From assembly GCA_018398765.1 (NCBI GenBank), contig JAHBMJ010000025.1:1-59312 (forward strand): 59,312 nt of DNA. The letters are read 5' to 3'. Every line of letters starts with the position of its first letter. The stretch's first letter is position 1. Below are positions 1 through 12,966 of the stretch, in pieces. The notes beneath the pieces were generated by a model. The model did not search any database. It saw only the letters and a list, made by a program, of their open reading frames with translations, and was not told where the DNA came from. This DNA comes from Chromera velia. Taxonomy: Eukaryota. Position numbers and translations under genes: made by a program.

Positions 1-1504
1 GGGGGGGGGGGGGGGGGGGAAGAGAAGAAGGCGCATTCAAGAAGAATCCCCTTCTTTTCTTTTTCTTTTCTTGTCACTCAGAAGGTAAGAATGAGAGAGA
101 ATATAAAGGTGCAGTCAAGAGAAAACCACCCCACAGGAACCGTGCCTGCCTCGACAGTCTTTTGTCCATCATGCCTTCCAAGAATCCAGAGAAGGCTGTT
201 TTTTTTCCTTTCATTGACTCTTTCTCTCTGTGCTTCTGTGTTTCTCTTCTGTCACTACAAGGGGTGTTGTGGAAGCTAGAGGGTAGAGGAGATGAGGAAG
301 AGGAAGGAAGTAAGCAAAGGGGCACGAGCGTGTGAAAAAAATAAGTGAAGTGATGCACCGACTGCTGTGAACAGCGATCAGATTTGATTAATGTGACAAG
401 GGTTAGAAACAGATCGCGGATTGGGGGGGCCCAGAAGCTTATTAGCAAGGTGTCAGAGACCGTACATGAATCTGGTGCTTATTCCTCACCCTTTCCTTTT
501 TTCTGCCGTCGAAGCTGTGCGGAGAACTAGGCAGAATCTCATGAATTGGAAGGTGAGGAAAGAGAAAGTGGATGAGCAAGTAAAGTGAGAACGCTGAAAG
601 AAGGGAACGAAGGGAACAGAAATGTGGAAAACAGGGGGAGCTGCAAAGTTGCACACTCGTTCACACAGTCCGTCGGGTGGACTGCATCATGCCCTTGAAT
701 TGATGTTCTGACATTCTATTTCGCCTTTCACTATTTCCCCTTCCTCAGACACAAATGTTTAGGGGTCGATCTTCTTGCACCAACGAGCGATGCAGTCTGT
801 ATAGTAGTTGATGGTTGTGTTCTTTCCTCTTCTCTCTTCTCGGCAGGCAGCTGGGGACACCAACTGTTTGGGAAATGATGTGCTGCATGCAATCTCTCTC
901 TCTGCCCTGCCAACCCCCCGCGACCTTCCCTTTTTCTTAATTTCTATCTCCCTCTGTGTTCACTTTCTGCTCCATCGTGACTCCCTTGCACTATGATGGA
1001 CTGATCTATTCAAGGGCCCGATTGGTGAATATAGCAGGTAATAATTTACTGAATGGATTCAATGGACTGCCGCATAAGTCTTTGTACATGCCGCTATACT
1101 GTGCAGTGATCTAGTACCTCTCCCCTTTCTCTTTTTTCTGAGTCTAGCGCCGTGTGTTGCAGTGTTGCGTAGAGTGTATAAAGTGTTCGACACTGTTCGT
1201 AAAAACAGGCCGGACGTGCTAAGATTCCTAGCCTAGGAACAGACCTAAAAATGCGTCTCCCTTAAACTCATTAACAATTGAACTACTTTAATTTTCCTAC
1301 AAAGTAGCTCTCCTGGTATCCATCGAAACAACTGAATCACGTTCGTGTATATCTCTAAGTACATATATGCTTGAGATTTTGTTTTTTATCCTTTCTATAG
1401 GATCTTTTAACTAGTCTTTTAAATTACAAAAAAAAGTTAAAACTTTATTACTAATAAATTATTAGTCTAAAACTCTAGGTCTAGGATAGGACTAGGGATA
1501 GAAT

Positions 1505-3730
1505 AAGTGATAACTAAGTGATAAGTGATTAGTGGTGCCCTAGAGCACTGTCACCGTTTTGTCTTAGAGAGGTTACCCCCGCAAATGGCAGGGGGGTGTA
1601 CCGCATCGCTGAGGCTCAGACCACACCCCGTGGCCCGCCTGGTTTCCCAGGCCGCTAACAAATAACAATCTGTCTATGTTTTACATGCTTTAGTCTATGG
1701 GCTGCTCAGAAGGGACTGCTCCAAAAATCGATCCAATGACACAGAATGAAAGGACACTTTGGCTTTGTGCATGCCCTCTCTCCATTCTTCTCTCAGCGAT
1801 TTCTCCTTCTCCCTCCCTCAGCTGTCTTCCTGCTTCCATTGCTTCCAGGATGGTCTTGTATTCTTCTTTTATTCTTTCCGTTCCTCCCTTTCTTTTTGTG
1901 ATCACTCCGTGTCTCTAGGCCAGCATTGTTTCATCTAATGAGCTTCCAGGTGCGTACCTTCCTGGGCTTTCCTTGAACATTCTTCTTCTGAACGCCGCCC
2001 TCCCCAGAAACTCATCCACCGCACTATACCCTTCGTTTATCAAGAATTTGAACAGAGCCTCAGCGTGCAGTTTCCTCTTTGTCCTTCTCTCTTCTCTCTG
2101 CAAACTTCTTTTGCTCTCTTTTCTCTGCCCTCGTTCCAGTCTGCTCCTAATATTCTATATATGTCCGCTCTTTCTCTATCATAAATTGGACACTCAGTTA
2201 GCATATGGATCTCGTCCTCCAACACCTCTGTTTTCATCTATCCTTTGCAAAAAGGGCAGAGTCTCTCTTCTAACGGCATTCTCTGCCCTCCTCTTTCTGG
2301 AACTTTTCTCTTTGTTCCCGCTAACGTCCTGTCTTCTACTCTGCAGGCTGCTCTCCTTCTGTGTTCTCCTCTTGGTGCTACCCTTCCATAACAAAAGGGC
2401 ACCCGTCCCAGTTTTTCTTCCCCTCTTCAGTTTATCATCCACTCCTCCTCTCAAGCAATGAATGATAGCCTGCCCAATCGCCTCCTTCCTCTTTTTTTTC
2501 AGTGCCTTTCTTGCCCAATGACATCTGATCGTCCTCTCTGCCACTTCAATGTCAATTGGAAACATCCCCGCCTCCATCAATGTAGTGTCTACGCTTTCTG
2601 TCTTCCTTAGCCCCAAGACCCACCTCACAAAGCATCTTTATTTTTTGTCGAATTCTGCACAGGCCCTATCTGTACATGGGTGTATCTTGCATCAATACAT
2701 TTATACTGCACGCACCGTCTGATTAAACAAATGAAAACATTCGGTAGGCGACACGGCTAGCTCTCTGGCTAACTTTCCTATCAATCTTTGCATGCATCTC
2801 TCTGCTCTCACTGCTCTGTCTACCATCATTATATCGACGTCGCAGTTTGAGGGAAGAACTAAACCTAAAAATGGTCGTGCTTTCTCTTCTTTCAGTACGG
2901 TAACCATGCTGCCTATTCTGATCTTTTCTGTCTGCCTTTGCCTTCCAAACCTCAGTACTCTCGATTTATCAAAAAAGAGGAGACGGAGCGGCTCTGCGTA
3001 CTTCCTTAATCCCTCCAGCAGTTTGTTCAATTCTCTGTCTGTTGCATCGAGCAAAGTCGTATCGTCTGCAAATAATACGGAGAAAAAATCCATCCACCTC
3101 CCATCCTCTCCAACAGGTACTTTCGGTCTTTCTCCCTGTTCTCCTATTCTCCTTCTCCCAGCCCTCCCTTCCTTTCTTACTCTCTCTGACAGGTCGTGCA
3201 CGTATCCTTTGAAAAAAGTGGGCCCACTGGACCCCCTTTGTTTTATCCCTATCTGCTCTGGATACCACTTTCCTGTCTCTTTCACTCTTGCTCTTACTTT
3301 CTCAAGCGATGCCAGGGCCCATCGGATTAACTCCTCTGAAACCCTTGCCTCTTTTAGTTGCTGCTCAAGCTTGCTATACCTGACTTCGTCAAAAGTTCGA
3401 GTAAAATCAACGAGGGCCACAATCACAGAGAGATGGTGGGCAATCACAAACAAAAGAAGAAAGATGGCATCGCATGTTCCTGCTTTCTTTCTATATATAA
3501 ACTGCCATAGGTTCTGCCTTGCTTCTCTATCTACATTATTGCCAGTGCCGAGAATCGTGTCCCCTCATTTTGCGTCTGCACATGCAAGGTGCACGTTTCT
3601 CCATCCCCCTATTACTGCCTGTGACTTACCAGGCTTCGCCAATGCCATCACCGGTAAATCATTCCATCCCTCTGGCCACCACGCATAATCATTTATCATT
3701 TATGTTCTGGCTGCCCCTCAGAAATTTTGA
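1505..3730 (-). mobile_element. Degenerate non-LTR retrotransposon (LINE): RT, C-terminal CCHC finger and 3' UTR
   Basis: ORF 2701-3453 has RT motifs LVDFTRTFD, GIKQRG..GP and LFADD. Downstream reads CPFCKG*...EDEIHMLTEC (CCHC). The 3' end is a TAATCACTT-type tail near 1505-1535. Several stops and frameshifts; boundaries approximate. Confidence 0.85.
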
Positions 3731-5441
3731 GTAAGAATCTAGCTGAGATCCACTGCCGGGCGCTGTTACTAGGCCTAGAGTAGGCCGTTACTAGTTTATT
3801 TTAATAGAGTTCAACTTATTTTACAGCGAATCTACGCTTCATTAAACTAGTCATTAAAAAATACATTATCTGCTACAAATTTACAAAAACACACTGGCAC
3901 CTAGAAACACACTCTAATAATTTCATACAAATTCAAGCTAGCGAGCTTGGCTAAAAACCTTATATAATTGTTATAAAAATTAATATAGCCCCAATTATGG
4001 GACATCAAGAACAAACTTCAATAAAGAAGACTAGAAAGAAGATCTAGAAGAAGATACACCTACACTGTCATACTTAAAGACAGAGATCTATAGACACAGA
4101 TATATAACTATTGGGCTCGTACTCTACTAACTCTAACTCATACTATCATCTAAGTTGAAGGTTTTATTATGACTTCTATACTCGTAGTCTGGGGTATGAT
4201 ATAATGTGTACACACTGGCATATAAACTTGAAACCTTTTTGAATCTTTGCCCTCAAAGAATTCATACATGGTACTTTGAAGGTGGGACAAGTGGTGCAAG
4301 CGCATGCAGTAGCAACTGTGCAACATTTCAGTGACTTTGAAGCTAGCTTTGAAGCCGCGGGCCCCACGGCTTGCTCTAGTTCACTTGGGAAGTTTACGCA
4401 AAACGTGGAGCAACTTCCACGGGGAAAGTCTACTAGTCGTACTCAAGATCCATACAATGAAGACCGCAACTCAATGAGGCCCTCCCATGGACACAAATGC
4501 AGAAACAACGTGATCGGACACACAAATGGCGAAGCAAGAGTTGCTTTTGAGTGCACAGCTCTCAACCATGACAGAGCATTTGGCGCAGCTGTGGAAAAGA
4601 TGTATGGATTTAACGATGAATCCCGCAGGTGAAGAATCAAGTGAACAGTCCAAAGACCAGTACCGTCAAGAGCACCCGCCTCAACTCAACTGGCATATAG
4701 ATGAAGTCTCGCTCGCTCACGACCGTGAAGGAATGAAGGGCACAACATGTATGTACAGATCGACAATCATTTTTCATGAAGAGGGTCTAAATGCACTTAA
4801 TGCGATGGACTAGGAAACGAACTACACGAAGGAGCTCTGACATGGTTGCAAACAGTCGATCGCGAACGTGAAGGAACTAAATAGAATCTTCTGCATGTGA
4901 CGAGAGAGAGAGCGCGGCGAGAGTTCCCGTCTCCCCATTCCCCCCCTCAGACGAGCCAGACTCTCCCCTTTCTTCTTCTCTTCCTTCTTTCCGTCTCTCT
5001 TTTTTTCGAAGGACGTACAATTCTCTGCTACTTCTCTACTACCCCTCCACCACAGCAAAATAAGAAAACAAGGAGAACACACAAAATAAACAAGAAGAAA
5101 GTCGCAGTGCCGCCACGGACACACAGGGGGCGACCCCAAAACTTTGCGCCCCTCTTTTTTTTTCCTTCCCTCCAAACGCACCAACCAAGAGGCAGGCGGA
5201 CACGCTCAAATAAGTGACACGCTTCATGGGCCACGGGCTCATCATTCATTCTTTCTTTCTTCTCCAGCTTGTCTCTCATTCAATCATTCAAATGCTGAAA
5301 TCTTCCTGGAGGCCTTTCCCTCGGGACCCTCTGATTTCGAGAATCCTTCGGGAAAGCTCCGAGACCTGCGTCACTCCCTGAAGAGACTCAGCCTCTTTTC
5401 TCACTCATTCACTCACTCATTCAACAATAAAAGGAGAAGGC

Positions 5442-7081
5442 TTATTCGTCCTTCTCGCTCTTGGTGAAATCCTCCTTGTCAACCTGGTAGTCCTCCTTCT
5501 CAGGGATGTCCTCCTTGTCAACAGCGTAGTCCTCCTTATCAACCTGGAAGTCCTTCAAGTCGAAGTCGAACTTGAAAAGATTCTCGTACCCCTGGGTGTG
5601 CTCGAGGTCCTTGCTGAGATCGTAGTTGAAGATTCCGCTCAGGTCGAACATGCCATACCCCTTCTCTCCCTTGGTCTTGTTCTTGTCCTCAGGAGTGGGA
5701 GGTCCGTTAGGGTGCACAACGATGGTCTCGGTCTCGTAGTCCTTGGTCTTCGGGTTGAACTGACCATCAGTCACGCACGCGCAGAGACGAACGGCACTGG
5801 GATTGAAAGAGGGGTCAATGGTGGAGAAGCAGTCAATGTTCTGGGAGAAGAACTCTTCGGTCTTGGCAAAGCACACTTCGGATTCGCCGGTGGGAACAAT
5901 GAAGGGGGTGGAGTTGACGAACATGCTGGCTTCAACGTCAATATCGTTGGGGATATTCTCGAAATTGCCGCACTCGTCGTTGGTAAGAATCTCCAAGCCA
6001 GTGTTGTTGTTGGCCCTGGCACCAGCGTCATTGAATTCTTCCTCAGTGATGATCTTTGCAAGAGCAGCCTTGCTGCAGAACTTGGCTCCCTTCTTCTCCA
6101 TGTCCATGGAGATTGCGAACTCTCTGCAGGTGTCAGAGCAGTTCTCCTCGGGGTCGGCCCACACCCAGCAGACACCGTCAGAAGTGGGAGAGTTACAGAG
6201 CTTCTTGACTGCACGTTGAAGCAATGGAAGAGAATATGTGCACACAGAAGGATGGAGTGTGGAGGTGGAGGGAAAGAGAGAAGGAGACAGGGGCAGAAGC
6301 GAGGGCGAGGAGGAGAGGGAGATCTGTAAAGGGTGGATTGTCGTGGAGCTTTGAACGGACAAGAGTTGCAGACCGCAAATCACGGAGAGACGAGGGCATC
6401 CTGTCATGCAGACGTGTGAGACCTCTTTAGTTCTAGAGATGGTGAGGGAAAGAAGGAATGGAAGCGGCAAGAGAAAACAGCACACTCAGACATCGAAGTC
6501 GGGAAGAAGGTCAGACACTTGGTAACACGGATTGTTGCGGCAACACGTTCCTGATGAATGCTCTGACAGAGAGCGAGAATCCAAGTTCAAGAAGTGGCGA
6601 AAGAGGGAAAACAGAGGGAAGTAGAGAAGGAACGAAGATGTGGGCAGCAACTAACAGAAGAGACTTACAGGGCTCCTCGTTCTCCTTGATGTTCAATGTG
6701 GGGTTGGGGACGAAGAGTCTGTTTCCCTTTCCGTCAGACTTGAAGATCTGAATGTCAGGAATCTCAATGGGGTCCTTCTTCCTGTAATCAATCACATGTG
6801 GCAGTAGAAAGAATGGAAATACGGCTGACAGAAGGACCGAGGAAAGCCAACCGAAAAATCGGATCGGAAACCAAGTGTTGTTTGAGATGCAACACTGACC
6901 AGAGTTTGTCGAAGATGTTGGGCTTCACGGGGCCAGAGGAGGGGAAGGGTCTGTCCTCAGGCTCCTGGAAGCAGTCGACCTCTCCCTTAGGGCACTTCTT
7001 TCCGTTCTTGTCGACTCCGTACTCAGTGTCGGTGTTTGCGAGCACAGCTGTTGCTCCGACGGCGAACAGAAGAGACTTCAT
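5442..7081 (-). CDS. Secreted Cys-rich protein with acidic C-terminal repeats, copy A (3 exons, 353 aa)
   Basis: Exons 7081-6900, 6781-6669 and 6208-5442 with GT-AG introns join in frame (182+113+767 nt). Signal peptide MKSLLFAVGATAVLA; VDKED repeats at the C-terminus. Paralog at 23488-25129. Confidence 0.85.
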
Positions 7082-7679
7082 GGCGTGTGAGTGCTAAATC
7101 ACAGGTGATTCAGTTGAGAACGGTGCGTCAGGAAAAAGCGTGGAGTTTTCAAAGATCTCCTTGGCTAAAACGTATCTTTTGTGCGGGTGAGAACAATGGT
7201 GTGCGGTACTAGCTGGAGGTACGTACGTGTGTAGACGCGCGAGGTGAGCGTCTTTGGAAGCTGAAACACGGATTTTCTTAATTGTAAAGAGGATCGATAT
7301 TCGGCTGCGATCTCAAAAAATCGGCTTTTCGCGCCGGTCACCCGGGGGGACTCACCCCTGACAACGCCAGCAGGCGATCGATTGCATAACAGCTTCGATC
7401 ATGCCCTGTCATCATTCGGCAACGTGCATGCAGTCGCATTGCATGGCAACGCGTATCTTTAGTGCATGCGTGCGCAGGCGCCGCAGGGGTGCGACGGTAC
7501 CGCATGCATATGCGCATGCAAGTGTATGGTATATAGCGGTCCAAGATGGTCCCTGCATGTGAGCGGAAGCACTACAATCCACGCCTCTCTTTGGCTCTGT
7601 CGGTGCGGAATTTCGGTCTTCCCTACAGCTGCATGTACCCCTGCAGGACTTCCAACGTAATTCATCCAAGGTGTCCCTG
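7082..7679. promoter_or_regulatory. Probable bidirectional promoter region
   Basis: About 600 bp between head-to-head ATGs (7081 -, 7680 +). CpG-rich, with clustered TGCATG(CA) and GATCGAT motifs. Confidence 0.5.
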
Positions 7680-10058
7680 ATGTCCTTTGTCTGTCTCCTT
7701 CTTTCAACGCTAATTGCTGTTTTCTTCGCAGGCAGCAGTTGTGATGCCTTCTCAATCCGCACTCCGCAGAGTCCCGCCGTTCAAATACAGAGACGGAGGC
7801 AGAGTCTCACGATGAGCCAAGAAGGACCCGCACGACAGCTGTGCTCAGTCATATGGGATGTTGATGGGACACTCTCTGACAGCTTTAGGTTCGTGCTGTA
7901 GAGAGAAAAGGACACCCACATTTATCTCCGCGCCGTCTACGTACGCACTCAACTCGGAAACAGGGCTGCAAAAAACACCTGAAGACAGATTTCTTAACGA
8001 TTAGTACACTGTCACAGGTTCAAACCTCTTCCTCCGCGCCAACCCGTGCTCCTCGTACGTCTTTCTGCATGCAGACTTGGCTATGATGCCACGACGACGG
8101 TGCTGGGCCGCGCCGTCTCTGAGGAGGAGTATCATTATGGTTCGTTAGTCAGTCAGGCAGTCAGTCAGTCCGTCCGTCCGTCCTTCCGTCGGTCAATCAG
8201 TCAGTCAGTCCGTCCGTCCGTCCGTCCTTCCGTCGGTCAATCAGTCAGTTAGTCAGTCAGTCAGTCAGGCAGTCAGTCAGTCAGTCAATCAGTCAGTCCG
8301 TCCGTCAGTCAGTCAGGCAGTCAGGCAGTCAGTCAGTCCGTCCGCCCGTCCGTCCGTCCGTCCGTCCTTCCGTCGGTCAATCAGTCAGTCAGTCAGGCAG
8401 TCAGTCAGTCAATCAGTCAGTCCGTCAGTCAGTCAGTCGGTCAGTCAGGCAGTCAATCAGTCAGTCAGTCAGTCAGTCCTTCCCTCCGTCCGTCCGTCCG
8501 TCCTTCCGTCGGTCAGTCAGTCAGTCCGCCCGTCCGTCCGTCAGTCAGTCAGGCAGTCAGTCAATCAGTCAGTCCGGTCAGTCAGGCAGTCGGTCAGTCA
8601 GGCAGTCAGTCAATAAGTCAGTCCGTCCGTCCGTCCGTCAGTCAGTCAGTCAGTCAGTCAATCAGTCAGTGGAGCGATGCCATGATCATGCCACGCCGCA
8701 ACTTGCACCCATACACACACACGTAGACACTTCAATCCCATCACCCCTCCCAGGGCATCGGGACCTGACTGAGGGGAAGAGATTACTGCGTGCATAGATC
8801 GATCGAAGGGAGGGAGTGTCGGCTTAGCCTTCCCGTGCCGCAGCATCGCTTTCGGAGTGGGAAGAAAGACTCTGTTTCTTTCAAGAGAATGTGCCTCTTC
8901 TCTTCTCTTCTCTTCCACGCTGAACCTATCCTTCTATTTGACCAGAGAGGGAGACCCTCTGTGTGTCCGTTGATTCGTTGAATCAGAGATTTAATTATCT
9001 GTCTGCGTTCGCTCCCTCCTCCTTTCGTCCGTTCACATGCCTTGCCACTTCCCAACCCGTATAAAGCGACTTGCTAAAGACCACTGCGACGAATATGCCG
9101 GTCCTTCTTACCGATTCCCCCCACACACATCGATGTCCAACGAAATGCATCCATGCATGCATGCATGCAGGCACTCGGTACACGACCCCGGAGCGTCTAT
9201 CGAGGCACCAGGGCCTGGACCCCGAGAAGGACGGAAAAGAGTTTTGGGAAGTGGGGAACGAATTGGGCAGAAAATTTGATGAGTCAGTTGATAGCAGCAT
9301 CACAGAATGAGCGATGAGCTGGAAAAAGAAGCTGCACAGGAATTGCGTCACTTGGGAGGTCCACGTCTGTTTGGCCATGTCAAAGCAGATTGCCGGGAGC
9401 TTAGGTGGCCTGCATGTTCCCGTGCTTTAATTTGTGTGGATGTTTATATGTGCAGGCTGTACATTTCTCTGGTGACCATGGAGACTGCGGGGTTCTTCCC
9501 TCTCTTGAGGGATGTTGTGGAGGAGCTGGGGGACAGAGGGATACTGCAGGGGGCTCTGACAAACGCTGCGGTGCTGTATGCAGAGGCGGTCTTGAAGTGC
9601 AATGGAGTCAGACCACTGTTTCGGTCAGCAAGGGCGGGTGGGGAATGTTTTGAATCGTGATTTGGTAGGGCCCCTTTCATGTTCTTTGGTCTTCTGTGTG
9701 CGATCGTCCGTGTTTTCCGTTTTGTGTTGATTGTAGAAAAGGAAGAAGAGGAAAAGAAGTCATTGTCTGTCTGGGAAGAAAAAAGGGAAAGTCCGCCAAA
9801 GAAACACGGTGTCAGCAGCTAATACACACTTCTTCCAATACTTGGTCCTTGTCTGTCCTTCTTGACGTTTTGTTGGGCACGGTCGACGATTGACTTCTAA
9901 TCATGTGGTCACAATTTTGTGTTGTTGGATGATGCTGTATGTATACAGGTCTGTTCAGGGAGCAGACACAGTGCCGAAACCCAAACCGCAACCGGATGGG
10001 CTTTTTCAGGTGAGTCGTTCTGTTTCCTTTTCTGTCCGTCTGCTTCTTTCTTTCTTCC

Positions 10059-10123
<65 letters not shown>

Positions 10124-10124
10124 C

Positions 10125-10164
<40 letters not shown>

Positions 10165-10200
10165 TTTTTCTTTCTTTCTTTCTTTTTTTCTTTCTTTTTT

Positions 10201-10231
<31 letters not shown>

Positions 10232-10312
10232 GTCTTTCTTTCTGTCTTTCTTTCTGTCTTTCTTTCTCTCTTTCTTTCTTTTTTTCTTTCGTTCGTTCGT
10301 TCGTTCGTTCGC

Positions 10313-10344
<32 letters not shown>

Positions 10345-10942
10345 TCCTTGTTTGTTTCCTGTCCCTCACTTCCTCTTTTTTTTGTTTCTTGCTTGCTTGG
10401 TTTGTTTCTTTATTTTGTCTCGATGTTTATTTGTTGTGTAAACCGTCCGATATTTCTCCACCGTGAGTTGTTTTCAGGTTCGTGTTCTTTTCAGTCCATC
10501 CCCACATGCAGTGCTGTCAGGTCGAAAACACACAGGTCTCAAGCATGCGGTTGCTGTCCATGCTTTTTGTGCTGGCCGGTCTATGCGTGAGTGCCCGCTG
10601 CCCGCGTCTTTGTTAGAGAGGGGAAAGGCCGCATCGGAAAAACTATTCTGATCTGCATGCATGCATTTGTGGATGTTTATCCACAAGCAGGTGTGCAAGG
10701 AGCTGGGTATGGATCCGCTTTCGTGTGTTTATGTTGGAGATTCTCCGAGTGATGGGGATGCCTCGAGGGCGGCAGGGCTTTTCTCTGTCGGGGTCTTGTG
10801 GGGCAGTCACAAGAGGGAAACGCTGGAAGGAAAGTTTGACGTCATTGTAGAAAGTCCAGAAGACCTCAGAGAAGTCTTGAGCAAGATTGTGAAGGGAGAA
10901 AACCAAGGTGAGAAGGAGAATAGAACGCTAGCGGGAAGCTAG
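7680..10942 (+). CDS. HAD-superfamily (phosphoglycolate phosphatase-like) hydrolase with bipartite plastid-targeting leader, 6 exons, 288 aa
   Basis: Exons 7680-7888, 8075-8139, 9171-9282, 9456-9623, 9949-10009 and 10691-10942 join in frame (867 nt). Motif I WDVDGTL, motif II LTN, motif III KPQPD, motif IV VGDSPSD. Hydrophobic signal ends CDA-F and is followed by a Ser/Arg-rich transit-like segment. Confidence 0.88.
8146..8670. repeat. (GTCA)n/(GTCC)n compound microsatellite in HAD intron 2
   Basis: Directly visible tandem tetramers. Confidence 0.95.
10040..10346. repeat. (TTTC)n/(TGTC)n microsatellite in HAD intron 5
   Basis: Directly visible; it produces spurious FLS/RKKE ORFs. Confidence 0.95.
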
Positions 10943-11463
10943 GCCAAAGGATAGCACCATCATCAACTATATTCTCTATGTACTAGATTAATATGCATGA
11001 ATGTTGCGCTGGATTTGCTTGTTGATCTTCGATCGAATTTGTTTAATGTGCGGTACTATCTATGCCTAGCCGTCCATCGCGTAGCATCACTGCTGCATCG
11101 ATCTGCATCGCACAGCCTATGACGCAGGTTTGGCTGCGCTCAAAATCTAGAAATTTAAAATTCCAGTTCTTTTTTTTAAAAAATATTTATACTAGCCTAG
11201 ATATATTAGCTGTATATGTAAACTTAGTTATAGCTCATATATTTATTACTAATTTATAACAACATTTTTAAGTATATGGAATTCTGACTATAACTTACTA
11301 TAACCCTACAAAAAGTTATAAAAATGTCATAATAATCTTATAGAAATGATATTGTCATAGAAATCTTATAGAAATCTGATAGAAATATAATAGATCAAGC
11401 CTAAATTTTTATAATTTATAGAAATTTCATCAGATTCTAGACCGGGTTTCTATATATTTCTAT

Positions 11464-11975
11464 ATCATCAATCATTATTTATGTCTTCTTCTGTATCTGC
11501 CTGTTTGACTGTCTATCTCTGACTTGTATTTCTGCGACTGTTTTCTTTGTATGGCTGTTCTGGCTGTTTAGGGGCGAGGTTTTTGTGCGTCTTTGTGTGC
11601 TGTATTAGTATGAATGTGAACTTTCAAGCCCGTGGAGGCTGAAAAACGTTCGTCCACATGCCGCATACTTCGCATCTCCATCTTTCTGCCCCTTTTTCAC
11701 CTCCCTTTTCCTTTCCTTTTCCTCTGCTGCTCTCTCCTCTACCTTTTTCATCCCGTCTTGAATTAACGCCCTCCATCTGTCTCTATGAGAGGCAAGCGTC
11801 TACCATTTCGCTCCATTGATTTCCAGAAGGCGGAAATTAGAGAGCTAGCACAGTTGCTCCAACGAAGGAGGGGTCGACCAAAGGGGCGTTCTCCTTCGAG
11901 ATGCCCAATTTAAACAATAACTAACGGGGAAGACGCTTTCCCCCCATCCTCCTAACATGCCCCCGCCGGCTCAAA
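11464..11975 (-). mobile_element. 3' fragment of an RTE-clade LINE (pseudogenised)
   Basis: Manual minus-strand translation across stops and frameshifts: GHVRRMG...GHLEGERPFGRPLLRW...W*TLASHRDRWRALI...YAACGRTFFSLHG/LKVHIH. This is the typical RTE C-terminus plus C2H2 finger. A TGAT-type tail follows near 11464-11480. Confidence 0.75.
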
Positions 11976-12753
11976 CCACCGAAGTCAAGCGAGTCTGATA
12001 GTGTTCTCAATCGTGTGCGATCGTGCTCAAATTAATGACAATCTAAATGTACGAGTCATGACGGATGGCGGCATCACTAGTATATATAACTATATATCAG
12101 TAACTGTATGAGCACGTGTAACTTTAACTGATATTTGATAATGTAGCCGCGTTAGTTAGTTAGTTAGTTAGTTAGAGGATGCCTAACCCGAGTTGGAGTG
12201 CTAAGCTCCCGGGCGGCACATACATGCATGGTTATTGTTTTGTATATATATACGTACGATTCGGAAGTCGTATCCGGTCATGTCTAATATGCTAGTATCT
12301 ATCTGAGAGTGTGCATACATATGTGTGCATATATATAAAACCTATCTTACTGGCCGAGATTAGCCAAGAGCTAGGTTTTCTTGGTCCCGTTTGTCTTAAA
12401 AGATGAATGTGCTGCTATTGGATCTGATTTTATATGGTACATACGTCAAAAATTTCCAGCTGCAGTTCTTCCTTTGCGTAATTTACTATGTAGGGGCTTA
12501 GACTAAGTATAGAAGTGCCCGCCATCAGACCCGCCGCCGCACTATAATGAGATACATGAGACGGGCGTGCCGCATAATAAATTAATTCATTAGTGATGGG
12601 GTGTTGTTGTTTGCATCATAGTTGGATATAATATAATTTGAATAAAACAGATTGATTAGAAGAAAAAGACAGATTCTTTTTCTTGTTAGTTCTCTCCGTA
12701 TGAAATAATTTAAATCCATGTATAACAAAAACCTTGATCATCATTTGAATTTA

Positions 12754-12966
12754 TGTTGGGATTTCTCCCTGGGCCGCTTTCCGGGGCCGTTGGCAGTAGG
12801 CCGCACACGCATAGAGAGGCGTGATGCACAGAGATGCAGTGTTGCAATGTAACAATGTATAGCAATGCATGTAGAAACTGATCGATCCATCGTAGCGTAT
12901 ATCTCTGGCTAAAGCCAAGACAGACGGCCTCTCCAATGAACCTGAAAGTATGACGGAATCTTTATA
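12754..12966 (+). repeat. Copia 5' LTR (TG...TA; terminal CA mutated)
   Basis: Aligns along its full length to 16111-16326. Confidence 0.92.

Noticed and set aside
60..1000. Possible chain of small + strand exons with AG/GT borders
   Set aside because: I could not assemble a consistent frame or a recognisable product; the window edge truncates the context.
4176..4813. Cys-rich short ORFs (possible SWIM finger or MULE relic)
   Set aside because: The motif spacing is unconvincing and there is no other transposase motif.
5598..6329. 243-aa antisense ORF (also 24242-24973)
   Set aside because: A shadow ORF caused by the codon bias of the real gene on the opposite strand.
9812..10590. Long RKKE- and FLS-rich ORFs (also 51705-52547)
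   Set aside because: These are translation artefacts of (TTTC)n/(GAAA)n microsatellites.
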